Shown here: piece after piece, positions 62,201 through 64,000 of the stretch | Position numbering within the stretch: the stretch's first letter is position 1 | Layout of the letters: every line of letters begins with the position of its first letter | Origin: Pavona decussata | Lineage: Eukaryota | Direction: 5' to 3' | Assembly (NCBI GenBank): GCA_977016875.1 | Contig: CDRNST010000025.1 | Span: 1,364,001 to 1,428,000 of the forward strand | DNA length: 64,000 nucleotides | Program-made: the position numbers and the translations under genes | Notes under the pieces: model-generated | What the model was told of the DNA's origin: nothing | Seen by the model: only the letters and a program-made list of their open reading frames with translations | Database searches by the model: none

Positions 62201-62798
62201 CCCCCCCCCTCTCCCTTCCCTCCTCCCCCGCCCCCCAAAAGGAAACACCCGCTGTGGGTCAAGGGTCCTTTTCAGGTTTTGAAAATACAGTTGACCGTTC
62301 CCGTCTGTGAACTTAATCTCTTGGATCTGACGTTAGCGTAGCCGTATTTAAGTGGTCCTCATTAACTCAGTATTTACCTCTTTGGTGCACCGCAGCCTCA
62401 AAATTAGCCATCAGAATAGTTCCATTTTACTCACCGAAACGGCTTCAGTTTGCCGATACATCGGTTACCAATCGCTAATACAGATCTTTTGAAGCATAAG
62501 AGTGAATTTCTCATAGTGCGTGATGTATTCCAAACTAATAGATCTGTGCCTGAGGTCTCCATTTAATTGCTCAACTAAAAGATCCGCTTGTGATGGTTTA
62601 TTTGTATCTAAAGAATGAGGATTACGAATTCATAATTAAAACGTTTGTGAAAGTTCATCGACGAAGCGTTTCACGCAAACAAGTTTTACTTACTATGGGA
62701 ATTATCTCTGGAGTTTAATCGATACGCTGCATTTATTCTTTTTTCTAGCTGCATCCACAAATGACACACACGAAATGATCTGATAATGCTACATATGA

Positions 62799-63117
62799 TC
62801 CGGGGGGGGGGGGGGGGGGGGTGGACTGTCATGTGAATGGGACGGGGATGCTTGTCGTCTCGCTTAAGGGTGAAAATTTCGGATTTTGGTCTCACTTAAG
62901 GTCTACTGGGCAAAACGCCATTGTATTTAGTCCTGAAGGTCTCGTTTAGGGTTGCACGCGAAGAAATATAAAACTATACATTTGTCTGTGTTTTAAAATG
63001 GTCTCTATTAGGGGCCAAAAGAAGCTTTGGTCACCCCCAGATTGGTCTCCTTTCAGGGTTTAATTTGAAATTTCTGACGAGCATCCCCACCCCTTTCATA
63101 TGAGAGTCCCCCCCGGG
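62799..63117. mobile_element. MITE with CCGGGGG termini
   Basis: ccggggg..ggactgtcatgtgaatgggacggggatgcttgtcg / gacgagcatccccacccctttcatatgagagtcccccccggg; flanking (c/t)atatgat near-TSD. Confidence 0.7.
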
Positions 63118-63743
63118 TATATGATACACGTTTGCTGAAGAGTGTTTAGTGACTTTTAGTGAATGCCAAAAATATTTGTAAACTGAACAACCTGAACTAT
63201 TACCGCTTACTGCTAACAGACTATGTATACAAGGCAAATTCTTGAAGGGCATCTCAGATGAAAAGATTGAAATCTACAGTGATTTGTTTCAATTTGATTT
63301 TATGTTCCTCGTTTTACTCAAAAGATTTTGACCCGTTACCAAATAATTTATGGATTATAATTTATGGATTATGTGACTAAAATTCGAGCTTTTAAGCCCC
63401 CAAGAAATTGTAGCTTGCCAATTTTTAGAAACATCGAACAACAATTATTTTTTTCAAGTGAAACCATGCCTTGTACGCCAGCGAACCATGCCTTAATTAG
63501 TATCATGAGTAGCCAGAGCAACTTTTGATCTAGTCTAATATCTTCAAGAGGTTCTTTTGTACTACTTCCGTAAACAAAATTAATTGTTTTGCAAGCCAAT
63601 TGATATCGAGCTTCGTAAGAGTAATAAATCCTAGCAGGGAGTGCCAAGGAAGTCACAGTTCACCTTACTGCTTGCTCGCCTTCAGTGTGAAGTTTGTGTC
63701 CGCGACGAAAATTAAACCTTGGTTTGAGAGCAGAGTGACAAGC

Positions 63744-63786
63744 ATGGCCGAGGATTTAGAAGAAATCATACGGTCTAAAAGATCAA
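63744..63786 (+). CDS. Candidate first coding exon of an unidentified downstream gene (MAEDLEEIIRSKRS)
   Basis: ATG in good context (agcATGG) followed by a consensus donor A|gtaagt; the remainder would lie beyond the window. Confidence 0.4.
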
Positions 63787-64000
63787 GTAAGTAAACACGT
63801 TATGTTTAGTAGAATTTGGTCTGGCGGGGTTCTACACTGACGAACGTAAATGCCATGTGATTGTTTGTAATCCAGACAAGCGTACGATTTATGTTGAAGT
63901 CTACCTCGCTGACTCGCTTAGCTGTCTCACTGAGTCTCACCAGCTCCAAAACAAAGATAACGTGACTGATATTTTGGCACTGCACAATGTGTTCGAGCTG

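Overview
AT-rich, intron- and MITE-rich eukaryotic DNA. The repeat families and gene content suggest a cnidarian, probably a stony coral (inference). All exons below were spliced by hand from GT/AG sites and reading phase. Genes found: two divergently oriented class C GPCRs of the CaSR/mGluR-like type, with an assembly gap between them; a single-exon syndecan-like type I membrane protein; a cluster of four three-exon, leaderless FGF-family genes, two canonical and two strongly diverged, which the ORF track mostly misses; and a 7-exon gene of about 551 aa with the layout signal peptide-S1-M1-pore (TTVGYGD)-M3-S2-M4-PDZ tail. That last gene is an animal, intron-containing channel resembling the prokaryotic K+-selective glutamate receptor GluR0, and it is the most notable item in the window. 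Intergenic and intronic DNA holds many MITEs, SINEs, a Harbinger relic, a tRNA-derived array and hairpin insertions, one of which carries minimal hammerhead-ribozyme motifs.
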